64,000 nt of DNA from Octopus vulgaris (lineage: Eukaryota), in contig OX597831.1 in the NCBI GenBank assembly GCA_951406725.2, positions 62,744,001 to 62,808,000 of the forward strand, given 5' to 3'. Position numbers and translations under genes: made by a program. Below, one piece after another: positions 41,192-55,619 of the stretch (within the stretch, counting starts at the first letter, position 1; each line of letters opens with the position of its first letter). The notes under the pieces were generated by a model. It was not told the DNA's origin. It made no database searches and saw nothing but the letters and a program-made list of their open reading frames with translations.

Positions 41192-42069
41192 GAAGAAGAA
41201 GAAGAAGAAGAAGAGAAGAATTAGAAGTAGAAGAAGAAGAATGTGTTTGGCATGGTTACAGTAACATCATACTAGTGCAAGAAAAGTCTATGAGCCATTT
41301 TTCTCTATACTCAAAACGAATGCTGCCTTAACACGCGAGATTTCTGATTGAGAATTTGGCATGCCGTTGAACGATCCCAAATACCTGAAGTGACATGCTG
41401 CAATAAATTCAAGCTGCTATGTTCTACCTAGTGATGTTTGCATTTTGTGTCTGTTCTTAAACGTAAAGGCTTGCAGAAGCTGCTTGATAAACGATGCCCA
41501 AGTGCAGGGTCTGATCTCAATTTGTGAGTATGGCATATGTCTTATCAAGGGTGCGCTTTGGAAGGGGATGCATCAGTGAGTGTGTAGAGTCTTGTCCACG
41601 ATGTGCATTCGAAAATGCTAGATGTGATTTCTAATGTTCTGACAAGCTTTTCAATCGACAGTAGTATAATTGGGAGCATCGTCATGGCACTGAGATAGGA
41701 GGCGATTAACAGTGGTTGAGTGGATAATTACAGAGAAATAATTATATTAAATGAAGAGATAATTATTTTGTGAATTACATCCATTCGGTAATGGGTTTGA
41801 GGTGCGACATCTAGTAGATACACGTGCGTATTTATCAGCATTTCTTGATGAAAGAAGAAATCGGTTGAGCAAAAACAGATTCTTTACTTCTAGTCTTCCA
41901 ACACGTTTTAGACGAAACGACAACCATTATATTTCTTCTCACTACGTAACGTTTTGAGAGGAAGCTGGAAAGTTTGAGGGCAGATGTCGAATTACATATT
42001 GTGTTTTAGGTGCGATGGATTATATCATAGAATAGGGATATAGATATGGCTATATTCTAATGACAACAA

Positions 42070-42292
42070 ATGCGGCGAGCTGGCAGAAACGTTAGCGCGC
42101 TAGGCGAAATGCGTAGCTGTATTTCGTCTACCGTTACGTTCTGAGTTCAAATTCCGCCGAGGTCGACTTTGCCTTTCATCCTTTCGGGGTCGATAAATTA
42201 AGTACCAGTTACGCATTGGGGTTGACGTAATCCGTTTGTCTGTCCTTGTTTGTCCCCTTTGTGTGTAGCCCCTTGTGGGTAGTAAAGAAATA
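42070..42292 (+). mobile_element. SINE family A with 17 bp TSD
   Basis: gcggcgagctggcagaaacgttagc head, gagttcaaattcc B box. tatattctaatgacaac at 42051-42067 and 42293-42309. Confidence 0.88.
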
Positions 42293-43673
42293 TATATTCT
42301 AATGACAACCAGGTAAAAATAAAGAATTTTTGTAAGAATTGAAGTTTGAAATCTGCTACCCCAAATAAGGTATCAATGTCTTAAGATGCATATGTATGTG
42401 AGCTTGCGTATGTGTGTGTGTTTGCGTGTGTTCAAGTGTGTGTGTGTATGTATTTAATTCCTAAGTTTAAATAGAACGAGTGATTTATTGCCTAAGATAA
42501 GAATTGTTGTTATAATAATTAGTTTTACATCTTGCTTTATATTTAGAGGGAAATATTTGAGCATTTACAGTGACATCCCTAGTTGTCATAAACTTCTCTC
42601 CTTTTTATTTATTTATTTAACGCAACAACAATATTCCAGGAGCTCTAATTAAGTTGAATGTAGTTTGATTCTTAGCTTGAAGTAATAATTAATCTCATGT
42701 CATGCTGAAAGTAAACTCAATGTGATAATGATTTCATTATGACTGCTTGTCATTAATATAATTCTCTAGAGCTTGAAAGGGATGAAGGCTTATATAAGTA
42801 AGCTAGGAGGTTATCTTGTATCAAATTAAGAAATTATCCAGAATAGATTTACTACTTTGTTATCCGTAACGTTGATTTATAAAAATCGAAGAGAAAAAAA
42901 TGCAGAATAACTCATTTCAAGTCACACATGATTAAAGCAACAATAGGAGAGAAACTCTAATAAAACACAAAATATAAATATTTTCTAATGATTTGTGAAA
43001 AAGAAAAGTGTTAAGTCATGTTTCTAAACATACACAAACGGTTGCAAAGTTTTTATCTTCTACACTCGTTACACAATACAGAAATAGACATTAGCCTATT
43101 GACTGAGACCATTTGAGAAGAAATATGCCACCTGAATACATATACAAATACAGCACAGTATTTGGAAATATTTCTAACATATAAAATCTGTGTAAGCTGA
43201 CTGACACGAATAAAATGATGTTAATGTATAAAGATATCGATGATATGTAAGATATTATACTAATGAAGCGTAGCTCGGGAAAACACAGCATGAAAACATG
43301 CGATGCAAATATCTAAGTAATAATAGTTGATACATTGTAACTGTAGGTGGCCTATTTACTTAGCTTTAAGCAAAGTCAGCTTTTCTTAAGGAACTTTTGC
43401 GAAACTATGATGCAAAAAGATGCAACTCTCAGTAATGCACAGGTAATCCCACCTCAAGCTTCCCTTGTGGGGTAAAACAAGAATGAATCAAGACGTAAGA
43501 GAACTGTAACTTGTAATGGGGCACTATTTGAGCAAGCACCTCAGTGAGGGTTACAAATACCAATTTCTCATATAAAACACCATTCTAACTTTGTCCTTCA
43601 GTAATCTCTTTTATTGCCCTCACAATTGGGCACACACTTCTCATAAGATTTATACACACACACATACACATAT

Positions 43674-43737
<64 letters not shown>

Positions 43738-43761
43738 GTGTGTGTGTGTGTATGTATGTAT

Positions 43762-44140
43762 AAGAAAAGTATATCAGGCGACAAACCCGCACCTAAATAA
43801 TACTCACCCCACCCTAATTACCCAACGAAACTAACCAATCTACCACAAGCAAACTTCCACCCAGGGAATTTACCAGCGCAAGAATAAATCTTTAATGTAA
43901 GAATTACTACTTTGTTTACATTACCATCACATATGTATCAATTATTGTCGCATTCAAACCGATGCATCTATCTATACTCGCATTCTGAAGAGATTTACTT
44001 AAACCAGTAAATTAAAACGATCGTAAATGCTACCCTCTTCTCTGCTTCTTCCTCCTTTGTTATCTATTTAATTAAAGACATACCAGCGTAAACCACGAGT
44101 GTCCTATTATTATTATATCCATATTCTTCTCATATACATA
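43762..44140 (+). mobile_element. PLE 3' end: ORF terminus, UTR, hammerhead and tail
   Basis: Begins with EKYIRR../NPHLN-like GIY-YIG C-terminal codons, contains an HHR motif at 43980-44030 and ends at a short TA run. Confidence 0.55.
43980..44030 (+). ncRNA. Hammerhead motif (G12>A)
   Basis: Stem I GCATT/AATGC, CTGAAGA 43985-43991, stem II GATTTACT/AGTAAATT, AAAA instead of GAAA, stem III ACGATCGT, GUA site. Confidence 0.7.
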
Positions 44141-44161
44141 TATATGAGAAGAATATGGATA

Positions 44162-44345
44162 TAATATAGTTAGAAGTAACTTACACGTTCTTATTGAATT
44201 AGCGTATATCAAATATTAGACACTATATTATTTTGGGAGCGAGGAGCGCATATTCGCAGAGAGTCAAGGACAAAACTTCAATTAGTTAATTTTCCAAATA
44301 TTATTTATACAGACGTCTTCATTCCCCACGCGAAAGGAATATCTG

Positions 44346-44426
<81 letters not shown>

Positions 44427-45218
44427 ATATATATATATATGCGAGCGTGTGTGTGGGCGCGCGTCTGTGTGTGTTTGCATGCATGCATGTATGCATGCAT
44501 ATGCAACTTTTATTCGAGAGTTTCTTTAAACAGCTTGCTACAATTAGACTTGGACAAAGGTTTTTACATCTATTGAACAATTACTGACATAAGTTTCTGG
44601 AGAAACTGCTATTGCATTGGCTTTATTGGGAATTATTCCAAATATGTTCAGAACAACAGAACTGCTTACTCCATTTTTATTGCACCATTCAGATCTAACA
44701 GTTTTATGTGCGCAATATGGACAAAGGATTTGGAAAGCCAGCAGTCCTGAATTACACTAAGCTATAAGCATATGAGGAGTGCATAATGTACCACGCATTT
44801 ATATATGAGGATGTGAGTCATGAATTATTAGTTCTCATTGACTTGCTCTCGGTTGATTTCGGTGAAACTGTGAAAGTCATCTTAATGTGTATAGAAACAC
44901 AGTGTATAGAGACATAGCTTAAACGAACCTGTATTTGGAACTAGAAACAAAATATTCGCCTTTTTATATATTAGTCTTCTAATTATTAGGGATGTAACAG
45001 GTTCATCTTAGAAAATTATTACCTAACTGCAGGAAATATTCCTTTGGCGTGGGGAATGGAGACGTCAGTATGAAGAATATTTGGAAAATTAACTAATTTG
45101 AAGGTTTGTTCTTGACTCTCTGCGAATATGCGCCCCTCGACCCCAAATATAATACAGTGCGTAATCTTTGTTATACGCTAATTCAATACGAACTTATAAG
45201 TCAGTTCTAACTAATATT
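44162..45218. mobile_element. Element with ~180 bp imperfect inverted repeats
   Basis: 44162-44342 is the reverse complement of 45036-45218 (e.g. gcgcatattcgcagagagtcaag / cttgactctctgcgaatatgcgc). Confidence 0.75.
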
Positions 45219-46399
45219 GTGATGCTAATGGTGATGTTAATGATAATGGCAAGTATTCCGAATAGTTTCTCAATTATTGTCAACCATTTGTTGTTTCCCT
45301 GCATATTCTGAAATTTATTAATGGAGCTGGTGGAAAGTATGTAGCAGCGATAGTTTTCTCCAAGATGTATAATAAATATATGCACGATCATAAATTATAT
45401 GATCAGTATTTTCTATGGTTAAAAATATATATTTCTAAAATAAATATCCATAGAAATAACCGTTCTTATGTTTACAAGGCCGATATTTCGATTCCTGTCC
45501 ACTATCATGAATTATTTTTTATCTGGTGCGGGATTCAAGTTTGGCGAAACGAGAAGATTGAGATTATTTGTATGGTTAGTTAAGCGAAAGGCTAAGGAAA
45601 ATTAAATTAGGCAACAAATTATGGCTACCTGGTCGAAACGCATACATCATGGTATTACGCTGTTTTGTAGTTAATAGATCTATTTGTCGGGTATTTCAAT
45701 CAAATACACTCTCATCTATTATGACATTACAATTATGTCTTAACATGATTACATCTATATTTCCACCGAACAACTATAATAATTATTTTACTTAAATTGC
45801 ATTATCGTTTTCACGAATAGTTTCCAATTGCCTATTATTTTACCTTATAATAACAATGATCAATGACTTAATCATTTCACAAATGTATAATTTTAAATAT
45901 ATTGCTTCTCTTGAAAATTCGTAATTTTGCCAGTTTCTTCTAGGCAATTAGATTTAGGCAATTTCCGTTTGATCATTTGGAGCATAAGCGTATATTTTGA
46001 AAGTGTATTCATATAATATTGATTTCTTTCTCATAGCTCGTCAGTCAATCACCAATTATTATATTTACACGGACTATTGTATATAGATTATTAAATACGT
46101 GGGTTATATTGAATAATAAACTGCAGTAATGTGCGGAAATCAGATGAAGCAATTTTGTATATACACATAAACGTATTATATTTCGGTATTTCTTTAGCTG
46201 ATCTCATACATGGATTTCCTTTGCTTAAAAAAGTACATAAAAACACATACACACAGGCACACATTCATACACATACACAGCACTCAAGCAAACACAGTAC
46301 ACGCAGACATTCACATGTAATTAGTTTTCATTATTTGAGTGTGACCATACTAAAGCACTGCCATGCATGGTTTCTGTACAATTTTTGAACACTAGTGTA

Positions 46400-48600
46400 T
46401 ATTTCAGCTTGTACTATATTTAATGAAACACTTTTTTGTTGTGCCACTTTGGTAGAAATCTGTTTAGTACAGGGTATTTTTCAAATGAGGACGTAATCCT
46501 GTCTTTCTCTGATTGTTGGGTCCTTCGGGTACATGGATAAAATGCGGATGTCAAATCGACCTAGTGTGCCTCCATGTTGGTAGAGTATGGAGGATTGGTT
46601 TTTGTTATATTGTTTCAAATGTCCATTTAATCTCCACGCAGTTCTTCTACATGTCTCACCAATGTATATCATGCTCTTGTCTTTAAAAGCACTCTGTGCA
46701 CCTTATGCTGTACACTACATTTCTAATTCTACAGTTAATGCCAGGGTAAAACCTATGGGCCATGCAGTTCTCATTCGTGCATTCAGTATTTTCAAATGGG
46801 TACGTCGTACATAACTGTAAGCTGATGGAGTTCCCTGGTTTTTCAACGATTTTAATGTTAAGTTTGGTCTCTTTCAGAGCTTTCTTAAATCTTCGGGTTA
46901 GTTCTCCGTGGGCTGCGCTCTCTACAAACACCAATCCTTGATAATTTATCGGCCTTGTACCATGTGTTCACCTTGTCTCCTTTGTAACAAACCACCTGTA
47001 TCCTATTCCTGTCTTTACCTCTGTATCTCGAGGAGGCACTGCTGGTTCCAGTACATATAATGCTATCTAACTTCTTTCTAGCTCTCCTGCATACCCGAAT
47101 CCTATCTTTCTGGTAATATCGAGAGACTTTCATGCGGTGCAAGAAGTTCTGTACATCTTCCCTTGTTTCATAGGGTTAGCATAAAGGGGAACACGTTATT
47201 CATTATCCTAACTAAGTCTGCTATCAGTATGTTGTTTATCATGTGTGACAAAACTGAGTTCTTGTGAACAACATATTTAGAAGCTATGGGTATCATATAA
47301 AGGGAGTGTGGAGGAGCTGCACTCTTGTGTTCATTGTATTGAACCAAAGTTCATTTACAAGGACGGAGAGTATACTGTTAGGGTGCCTAGTGTGGTAATT
47401 TATTGTTACCTTGATAATTTGGTGGGTGGAGTTAGCAACGATTTGTATGCTCCTCGTTATGCTCCTATCGGTTTTTACGTTACCGTTACTAGATTGTGTC
47501 CTAAGTAGAATATTGACGTCATCTACATCCCTACAGTAAAGCAAAACAGTTGTGCATTGTTTGGCTAAGGATTAGTTAAATTATCTGTCCACGAGATCAT
47601 GAAGCCACACTGATATCACTGGCTGCACCTTGGACCTTCATGTATAGTTTCCTGTTAAACTTTACTATGTGGTTCTTCAAGATGGTTCTTATGCTAGCCC
47701 ATATTGCACGTGCAATCATTATTTCTTTCCTGATTGCTGTTCTCAGCGTCCTGGGTAGGTATGGTCCAGCTACCTCAGCGCTCTGCGGTGCTTTCCTTAA
47801 CTCCCGAGGTGAAGGTGGGTAGTGTTAACTTTTGTGACCTGGTGGGGCAGAATCTACTGAGCTCATGATTGTCTAGGCAGTTACAGTCATAACTCAGTTT
47901 AAGGAAGAGGCCCGGTTCCCTCGTGTTGACTTCGGGGAACTCTACTTCATTCTTACAGAAAATCTCAATGCATTTTTACACAGCAAAATCTATGTCTATA
48001 CATGGATAGAGTGACACTACATCTATACTACCCACTACACAACCAGCAAAGTCGTTGGAGTGGCTGCATCTACTAATTTTACTGGGTGGACCCTCCGTTC
48101 TCACACAGACATCCGAGGACATTTCAGTGAGTGGAAATATTCGATCCAAAAACTCGACGGGTTAGGGGCCCCGAACAGGATTTGCGTAGGTTTAATGGTC
48201 CTTATGTAACCCGAATAGCGTAGTAACATTGTTGTTGAATGCTAGGAAATTGTATGGGGTCCGTTTTGGGGCTTGGATTATGTTGCACTACATTCCTATG
48301 TGTGTATTGAGAGGTTTTTCCACTCTTCCTGTGGTACAACTTCTCTGATGCTCCTGATGTGCTGCTACATGACCTGGACATAGATATGTGGGCTTTCTAT
48401 CGAGAGTCTGCCAGATTTGTCCGTAGAGAGACACACTAATTCCCTGTTCCTAATTCGATATATCAGTTTTTGTAGGCCTTTGGCAACAGATGACTGTTCT
48501 CTTTAGTGGTTTTGATGTCTAAGACGTGGCGAAGTCTCTTTCAAGCGAAGGAAATATTTGCCCCTCTCCCACTGTCAGAGTGTCGGTGGATACATAGCCT
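46400..48600 (-). mobile_element. Degraded Penelope-like element (RT plus GIY-YIG endonuclease)
   Basis: LYCRDVDD (YVDD) in ORF 47293; CRIRNVVYSIRCTEC then YIGETCR…RLNGH GIY-YIG motifs in ORFs 46683 and 46481; ends …YPVLNR. The 5' boundary is uncertain. Confidence 0.8.
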
Positions 48601-49074
48601 TTTGTTGAAGGATAAGTCTGTGGGGGTAGATCCTGGTCATGTCGTATGATTTGTATTTGGGGTTATGGAAAACAGAGTCACGGGAACTACCGATGTTACT
48701 ATCCTTTTAGCTGTTGCTCTTATGGTTGCTACCACTGTTGTTGCTGGAGGTTGTGGTGCTACTGTTGTGTTCATTGTTGTTGTTGTGGTGATTATTATTG
48801 TTATTGTTGTGGGTAGTGCTGGTGTTGGTGGCAGTGTGGTGATGTTGTGGCTGGTGATGTCTGTGTGTAGGATGTTGCGGTTATTGTTATTATTGTCATT
48901 GTTATTGTTATTATCCTCGTTATTGTTGTTGTTATGGTTCTTTGTGTGGTGGATGTTGTGGTTGTCATTGTTGATATTGTTACTATTTTTGTTGTCATTA
49001 ACATTGCTATTGTTATTGTTGCTTTCGTTTCGCATGTTTGTGTTGTTGTCTTGTCTTAACCTCCATCTTATTTT

Positions 49075-49393
49075 TAATCTTTAGCTAAACAATCCATAAC
49101 TGTTTTGCTTTACTATAGGGATGAAGATGGCATTCATATTCTAGTTAGGACAAACTCTAGTGACTGTAGTGTAGAAACCGAGAGGAACATAATGAAGAGC
49201 ATTCTTCTCGTTGCTAACTCCACCCACCAAAATATCAAGGTAACAACAGATTACCCCACTAGGCGCCCTAACAATATATTCCGTGTCCTTGTAACTGAAC
49301 TTTGGTTGGAGACTATAAACAAAAGAGTGCAGCTCCTCCACGCCTATTATATGATACCCATAGCTTCTAAATATGTTGTGCACAAGAACTCAG
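49075..49393 (+). mobile_element. Inverted partial copy of the PLE RT region
   Basis: Reverse complement of 47254-47575. ORF 49105 parallels ORF 47293. Confidence 0.8.
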
Positions 49394-49859
49394 AGCAAAC
49401 GTCAGCTGCACAAAGACATAGAATAATCACGTGAACTGAGCGAGCGGAGGCTGTGTTTGTTGGGAGAGCGTGTGCGAGCTCAGCGCCGAGTAGCAGTGGC
49501 TTATACGAAACTCCCTCATACTGCCTATTTTCAATCGTACTTTAAAGCAAAAATTACCGCTCTACAGCAAATTACTTGTATAATGGTGCACACATACTGC
49601 GAGGATATACTATCTATTGAGACAGCAAGAGAGATGACAGACAGATAGATAGCTAGATGGTTAGAAAGTTAGATAAATAGGTACAACCTTAGAATTTCAG
49701 AATATAAGTTACATCTGCTAGAGGCTTTTTTCTGTACATACACATACACACTGAATATATGCATATACACTGAACTGCAAAAGAAACGTGAGACGAATGT
49801 GACTGTGAAATATGTTTTAATTTCATTGTCAGAGATAACTTTTGATAAATCTGATGAAG

Positions 49860-50300
49860 TCAATTTCTTGGATGCAGTCTATGGATTCTTGTCGTGTGTT
49901 TTGGTAGTGGGTGGATCCAGCACATCGGGATTGTAAGGCGTGACATGTTCAACACCGTGTAAACCCTCCCTGTGTGCAAAACGGCCACACACCGTCGGTA
50001 CATGGAATGCATGAAGTGGTTCACAAACGCCATTGGCATCTGTGCCCCTCCAGTTCCACACACGTTGTCGGCCTTGAGACCACCTGGTTTAGCCGTTTCT
50101 GGCCGGAGGGAAAGAAGCATTGTCCTGCTGGAAAATCTCCATGAAACGCGCTTGCAATTCGGTTTCCATGACAATTTTTTGCGACTGCCAACCACGGCAT
50201 TCAACGCAGCTGTGTTTTGGCGTCTCTTTTGCGAGAAAGTTGAAAGGTTACCTGCAATTTGCGTCTCAGCCATAAACCAGCATGTCTTGCAATATTGACA
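49860..50300 (-). pseudogene. Possible Tc1-type transposase remnant
   Basis: Minus strand IFQQDNAS motif near 50115-50140; the remainder is degenerate. Confidence 0.3.
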
Positions 50301-51730
50301 CTTACATCCCCAAACTAAGTTTTCAGAACTTTACCATATTATAAATTACATTTGTAAAAATCCCGTTTCTTTTGCGGTTCCGAGAACGCTTGTACACACA
50401 CCAACACATATACATAAGTTTCTCTATCTCTTACACACATTTACGTTTATATATCTTTTACTGTTTATTTGTGTCTCCTTTTGCCCATGCCCTTCTTTAC
50501 AGCTAAATACACTTCTGCCTCAAATCATATACACGCACAAGCCTTGTTTTGTAGTTTAGTAATATGATATTTGTGCAACTCGCAGCTGGGTAAAACTTCT
50601 AATAATTGACAAGAATAATATCTTTGTGGATACAATATTTAAAACGAAATATCAGAAATGTATATTGGAATCTTTAAACGATTAAAGTTACAAGGAAATG
50701 AAAGACTTTTAATTTCCTTGCTTTTTGGCTTTCGGCTACTATCGTGATTACAACTCTGCCTATTGTATATGTTGGCTCTAGTCATTAATCTTGAAGAATT
50801 GAATTCATCTAGACAGAGCAGATATTATTTTTAACATTTGCTATTCGATTTAGCCATTACCTGAACTGAGAAGAGGAATTTTTCTATAGATGTCATTTAG
50901 ATAAATATCAATTTGTCTACCTGAGATTTTCCCTAGAATTTTCACACATTATACAATTTCCAATTACCTGTTACTTTATATATAACTTTCGTCACACACT
51001 TCTTTAATCTTTGCTACTATTCTAAATTATTAACTCAACTTCCATTTTCCTTAGAACAATGACAGAAATATTTTCGAGGAAAGTAAAAACAGAGTCGGAA
51101 AGGTGAATAGTTTTCAGAATTAATTTGTATTTACGCCATTGTTTACATTTAGGGATATTACGGGTTTGCATTAGAACACTTCTCTTTATGTTTCTTATAA
51201 ATTATAGATACGACTTCTCATATATTCTACATATAATCATTAAACATCACGATGGAAATGATAAAGGTTAAATATACTTAATCATCTGAATAAATGTCTA
51301 TACATACTACACACTCTTAAACACGTGAATATACTCTACACATACAGATACAAACATTCTAAAGGCGTCTAGCCATTATGTCGTACAACAGAAATATATG
51401 ACCAATGTGGTCATTCAATTGCAGCTGCTTATGAGTTGTTCTGATAAATTAAACATCAAAACTTAATACAGTTCTAATGTTCGCAATGTTACTTTTCATA
51501 TCCTATTTGTCATGAATATTTCCACCTGCCCAAGTGAGCAATAACGCTTTGTGTTTGCCTCTCAGACATTATTCTACTGCTTACATTTTTAATGTTTTAG
51601 ATTTTATATACTTCATATATAAAATATATTCAACATAAGATTCAAAGACACTTATGCACACAAGTACCTGTATTTATGTATATGTATATCTGTTTGTGTA
51701 TATATGTATTATTATTATGCGCATACATGT

Positions 51731-51792
<62 letters not shown>

Positions 51793-51839
51793 ATATATAT
51801 ATACATATATTTATATATATATATATGTATATATATATG

Positions 51840-51893
<54 letters not shown>

Positions 51894-51926
51894 TATATAT
51901 ACACACACATAGATACATATATATAT

Positions 51927-52135
51927 AGTTAATCCAAACATGAAAACACAAAGAGAAAACACAACAATGCGAGGACGTAGAACAAATATAGTATTATTGG
52001 ACGCTCAGGAAGGAAGGGAAGAAGGAGGGTGCAAAGTTTCGAGCGAAGCTCTTCGTCAGAAACAGGAAAAGGAAAGATCCAGAGAAGGGAAGACGGAGGA
52101 AAAAAAATCGCCAACGGTACACACGCGGTCACATA
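51927..52135 (-). mobile_element. PLE-like tail with degenerate minimal hammerhead, between (TA)n tracts
   Basis: Minus strand CTGACGA-A-GAGC-TTC-GCTC-GAAAC (52059-52036); cleavage triplet lost. Tail is similar to 60350-60565. Confidence 0.6.
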
Positions 52136-53384
52136 TATATTTATGTATATATATATATGTACATACATGCATATATATTTATAAATATATATGTGGGGGA
52201 AGCGTCGGGTTTAGTTCTGCGTGTGTGGGTGTATAGATCTGCGCACCATATACTCATAGGCTTCAATGTATGCATGTGTGTATGCGCATTTCTGTTTAAC
52301 TACAAATAAGTATACAAGTGTGGTACTTATTCTCTCAGTATTTTAGGGCGAACAGCTAAGTTAGGAAAATGCAAACACACCACCACCGGTGGCCAAGAAG
52401 TGGAGGGGAACAAAGATACACGGACACACGCAAATATATATGCACAACACACAGGCACACGTACACACAGACGCACACACAAACACACACACGGATATAT
52501 ACACATACCTGTTTATCTGCTATATATTTCCCTTTCAGGTACCTGCGTGAATTATCCTAGATCTAATGATGTCAAGATCTGAGTGTTATCGGAAGTATCT
52601 ATCTGTAATATAAGCTGAAATAACCGAGGAAATTAATGTAGAAAAATTGAATACATATACTGGGAAAATATTTACAAAAGACATTCGATTTACGAAAAGT
52701 CAGTATTTTAATCTAATGTTGTTCTGATGCAATGGATGTAAGCGGTTGCATATTAGCTTCAAGGATGAATGGAAACTAAATATGTAGAAATTGAAGACAA
52801 TTGCAACTTTGAAGCGAACCACTTGAAGGAATGAGAAACTTTGAGACATTTAATAGGGTTGTGAAAGCTTCGGAGTGGATTCGTGAACATAAAATTTGAA
52901 AAGGACAGATACAATGATGTGAGAGATGTTTCCCTGGCTCCACTGACACCTAAGGAAACAGAGATAAAACACGAATGAGAGATTTGTCAAGAAAGGAGAC
53001 ACGAGCTCTAATGGCCCTGGAACCACAAATTTGAACACCAAGAAGATGAACGAGTTAAAATGTGAAACGAAAAGAAAGAAGAAAGGAAAACAAGGCCTCT
53101 GAAAGCAAACAGGATAATGATGATGCGGACACGAAAAAGCAGAAAAAGCAAAATAGAGGAACCAAGGAAAGACTGAGCATGCACGAAAGTACGAATAGTT
53201 AAAAGAAAGTAAACGCTGTAACAAGAAAGACAATAGAAATGAGAAGAGAGATCAGATACAAGTGTATAAATTCTACCTACGCGATGTCTTCTGGCATGGA
53301 GACAACGGTGCAAACTCTCGTTTCCTACACCCAAAACCCTGCCAAAGCTGCATGTGGCAGAAGAAACAGATCTCTGTTTTCTTG

Positions 53385-53400
53385 TTGATGGTGGTGTTGG

Positions 53401-53431
<31 letters not shown>

Positions 53432-53640
53432 GGTGGTGGTGGTGGTGGTGGTGGTGATGTTGTTGGTGGTGGTGGTTGTTGTTCTGGTGGTGGTGGTGGT
53501 GGTGGACGAGGAGGAGGACGCGGAGGAAGTGGAGGTGGAGGAGGTGGAGGAGGAGGTAGAAGAGGAGTGGGAGAGGAGAAGGAGGGAATGCTTGTTGTGG
53601 TGGTGGTGGTGGTGGTGGTTGTGGTGATGGAGGTGGCAGC
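53385..53640. repeat. (GGT)n/(GTT)n/(GGA)n low-complexity repeat
   Basis: Directly visible; it generates the poly-P/G/V/H ORFs. Confidence 0.9.
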
Positions 53641-54021
53641 GTTCTTGCTAGTGCTCCTGATTTTCGTGATGTTGATGGAAGTCTTGAAATTACCGTCATA
53701 CGTTTCCTGTGCTGTGATGTCGCTTCTGTTGCTATTATCATTGTTACTACATCTGCTGTTGTCACTGCCTGGTCCTTTTCTTTTTCTCATCGGACACACA
53801 ATCTTTGTTCGCCGCCTTTTACTTTTCAAACAAAAATTGAGGTGGGCGTATCTTTACTAAACAAACCCCATTTAAGCTCCTAAGTACTACAGACTGAGAA
53901 AACTAACCAGAGCACTAATGGTCTGGTTAATTTATTTAGAAAACGATAACAAATGTTCAATATATGACTTTGTTTAAAAACAAAAATAATAACAAGCCTA
54001 CAATGTGCAATACGTGTCTAT

Positions 54022-54566
<545 letters not shown>

Positions 54567-54567
<1 letters not shown>

Positions 54568-55374
54568 GACAAAGAAATATCCCAGCAATGGTTGAGAAGC
54601 TCAGGACTCAAAGCAGAAACAGAGGGATTTTTAATTGCAGCACAAGACCAAAGCCTCCCCACCAGAAATTACCAAAAACATGTAATGAAAACATGTAATA
54701 TTACAAGTAACTGCAGAATATGTGGAGATGGACAAGAAACAATAAATCATATTATCTCTGGCTGCCCAGTCCTGGCTAAGAAGGAATATATTCACAGACA
54801 TGACAGAGTTGGAACCTACATACATTGGAAGCTATGCCAACATTATGGAATAACAACAGAAAAAAGATGGTATAGGCACACACCAGAAAAGGTCACAGAA
54901 AACGAGAAAGCAACCATACTCTGGGATATGCCGATACACACAGATAGAGAAATTAAGGCCAACAGACCAGATATAGTTGTCAGAGATCATGAAGAAAAAA
55001 AATGCTTTCTAATTGATGTATCAATACCGGCAGATGACAACGTGTCTCTAAAAGAGATGGAGAAACTCTTAAAATACAAGGACCTGGAAATAGAGGTAAC
55101 TAGAATGTGGAACCTGAAAACAGAAACAATTCCTATCATAGTAGGTGCATTAGGCATGATAAAAAATATTCAGACAAATACATAACAAAAACACCAGGAC
55201 TTACAAACACATATAACATACAGAAAATTGCACTACTAGGCACTGCACACATCCTACGCAGAACACTTTCCATACAATAACCAGCAGAGCATCACAACAA
55301 ATCACAGCACATACCCAAAGCACACAGAGCGGCGCTCGGTAGTGAAGTGAAAGCACGCTATAAAAATAAAACTA

Positions 55375-55378
<4 letters not shown>
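54567..55378 (+). mobile_element. R4/Dong-clade retrotransposon 3' portion (CCHC knuckle plus restriction-like endonuclease) inserted in (TAA)n
   Basis: ORF 54592-55185: CRICG..ETINHIISGC, RHD, ILWD, NRPDIV, LIDVSIP, KE.EKL.KY.DL. (TAA)n lies on both sides. Confidence 0.9.
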
Positions 55379-55419
<41 letters not shown>

Positions 55420-55619
55420 CGTTTCTACTATAGATACAAGGGGAGGAGGATGTGGATTACATTGTCCCCAGTACTCAACCTTTTTAGAGAGAGTATCTCG
55501 TTAAAGATATAGCTTGGCGGCACACCCTCAAAACGTACCTCATTTATGAGTGAAAATGACAAACGAAATAGCTAAATATAGCGGTGTGATCGGGCATGGA
55601 ACAGTGAAGATACTGGACT

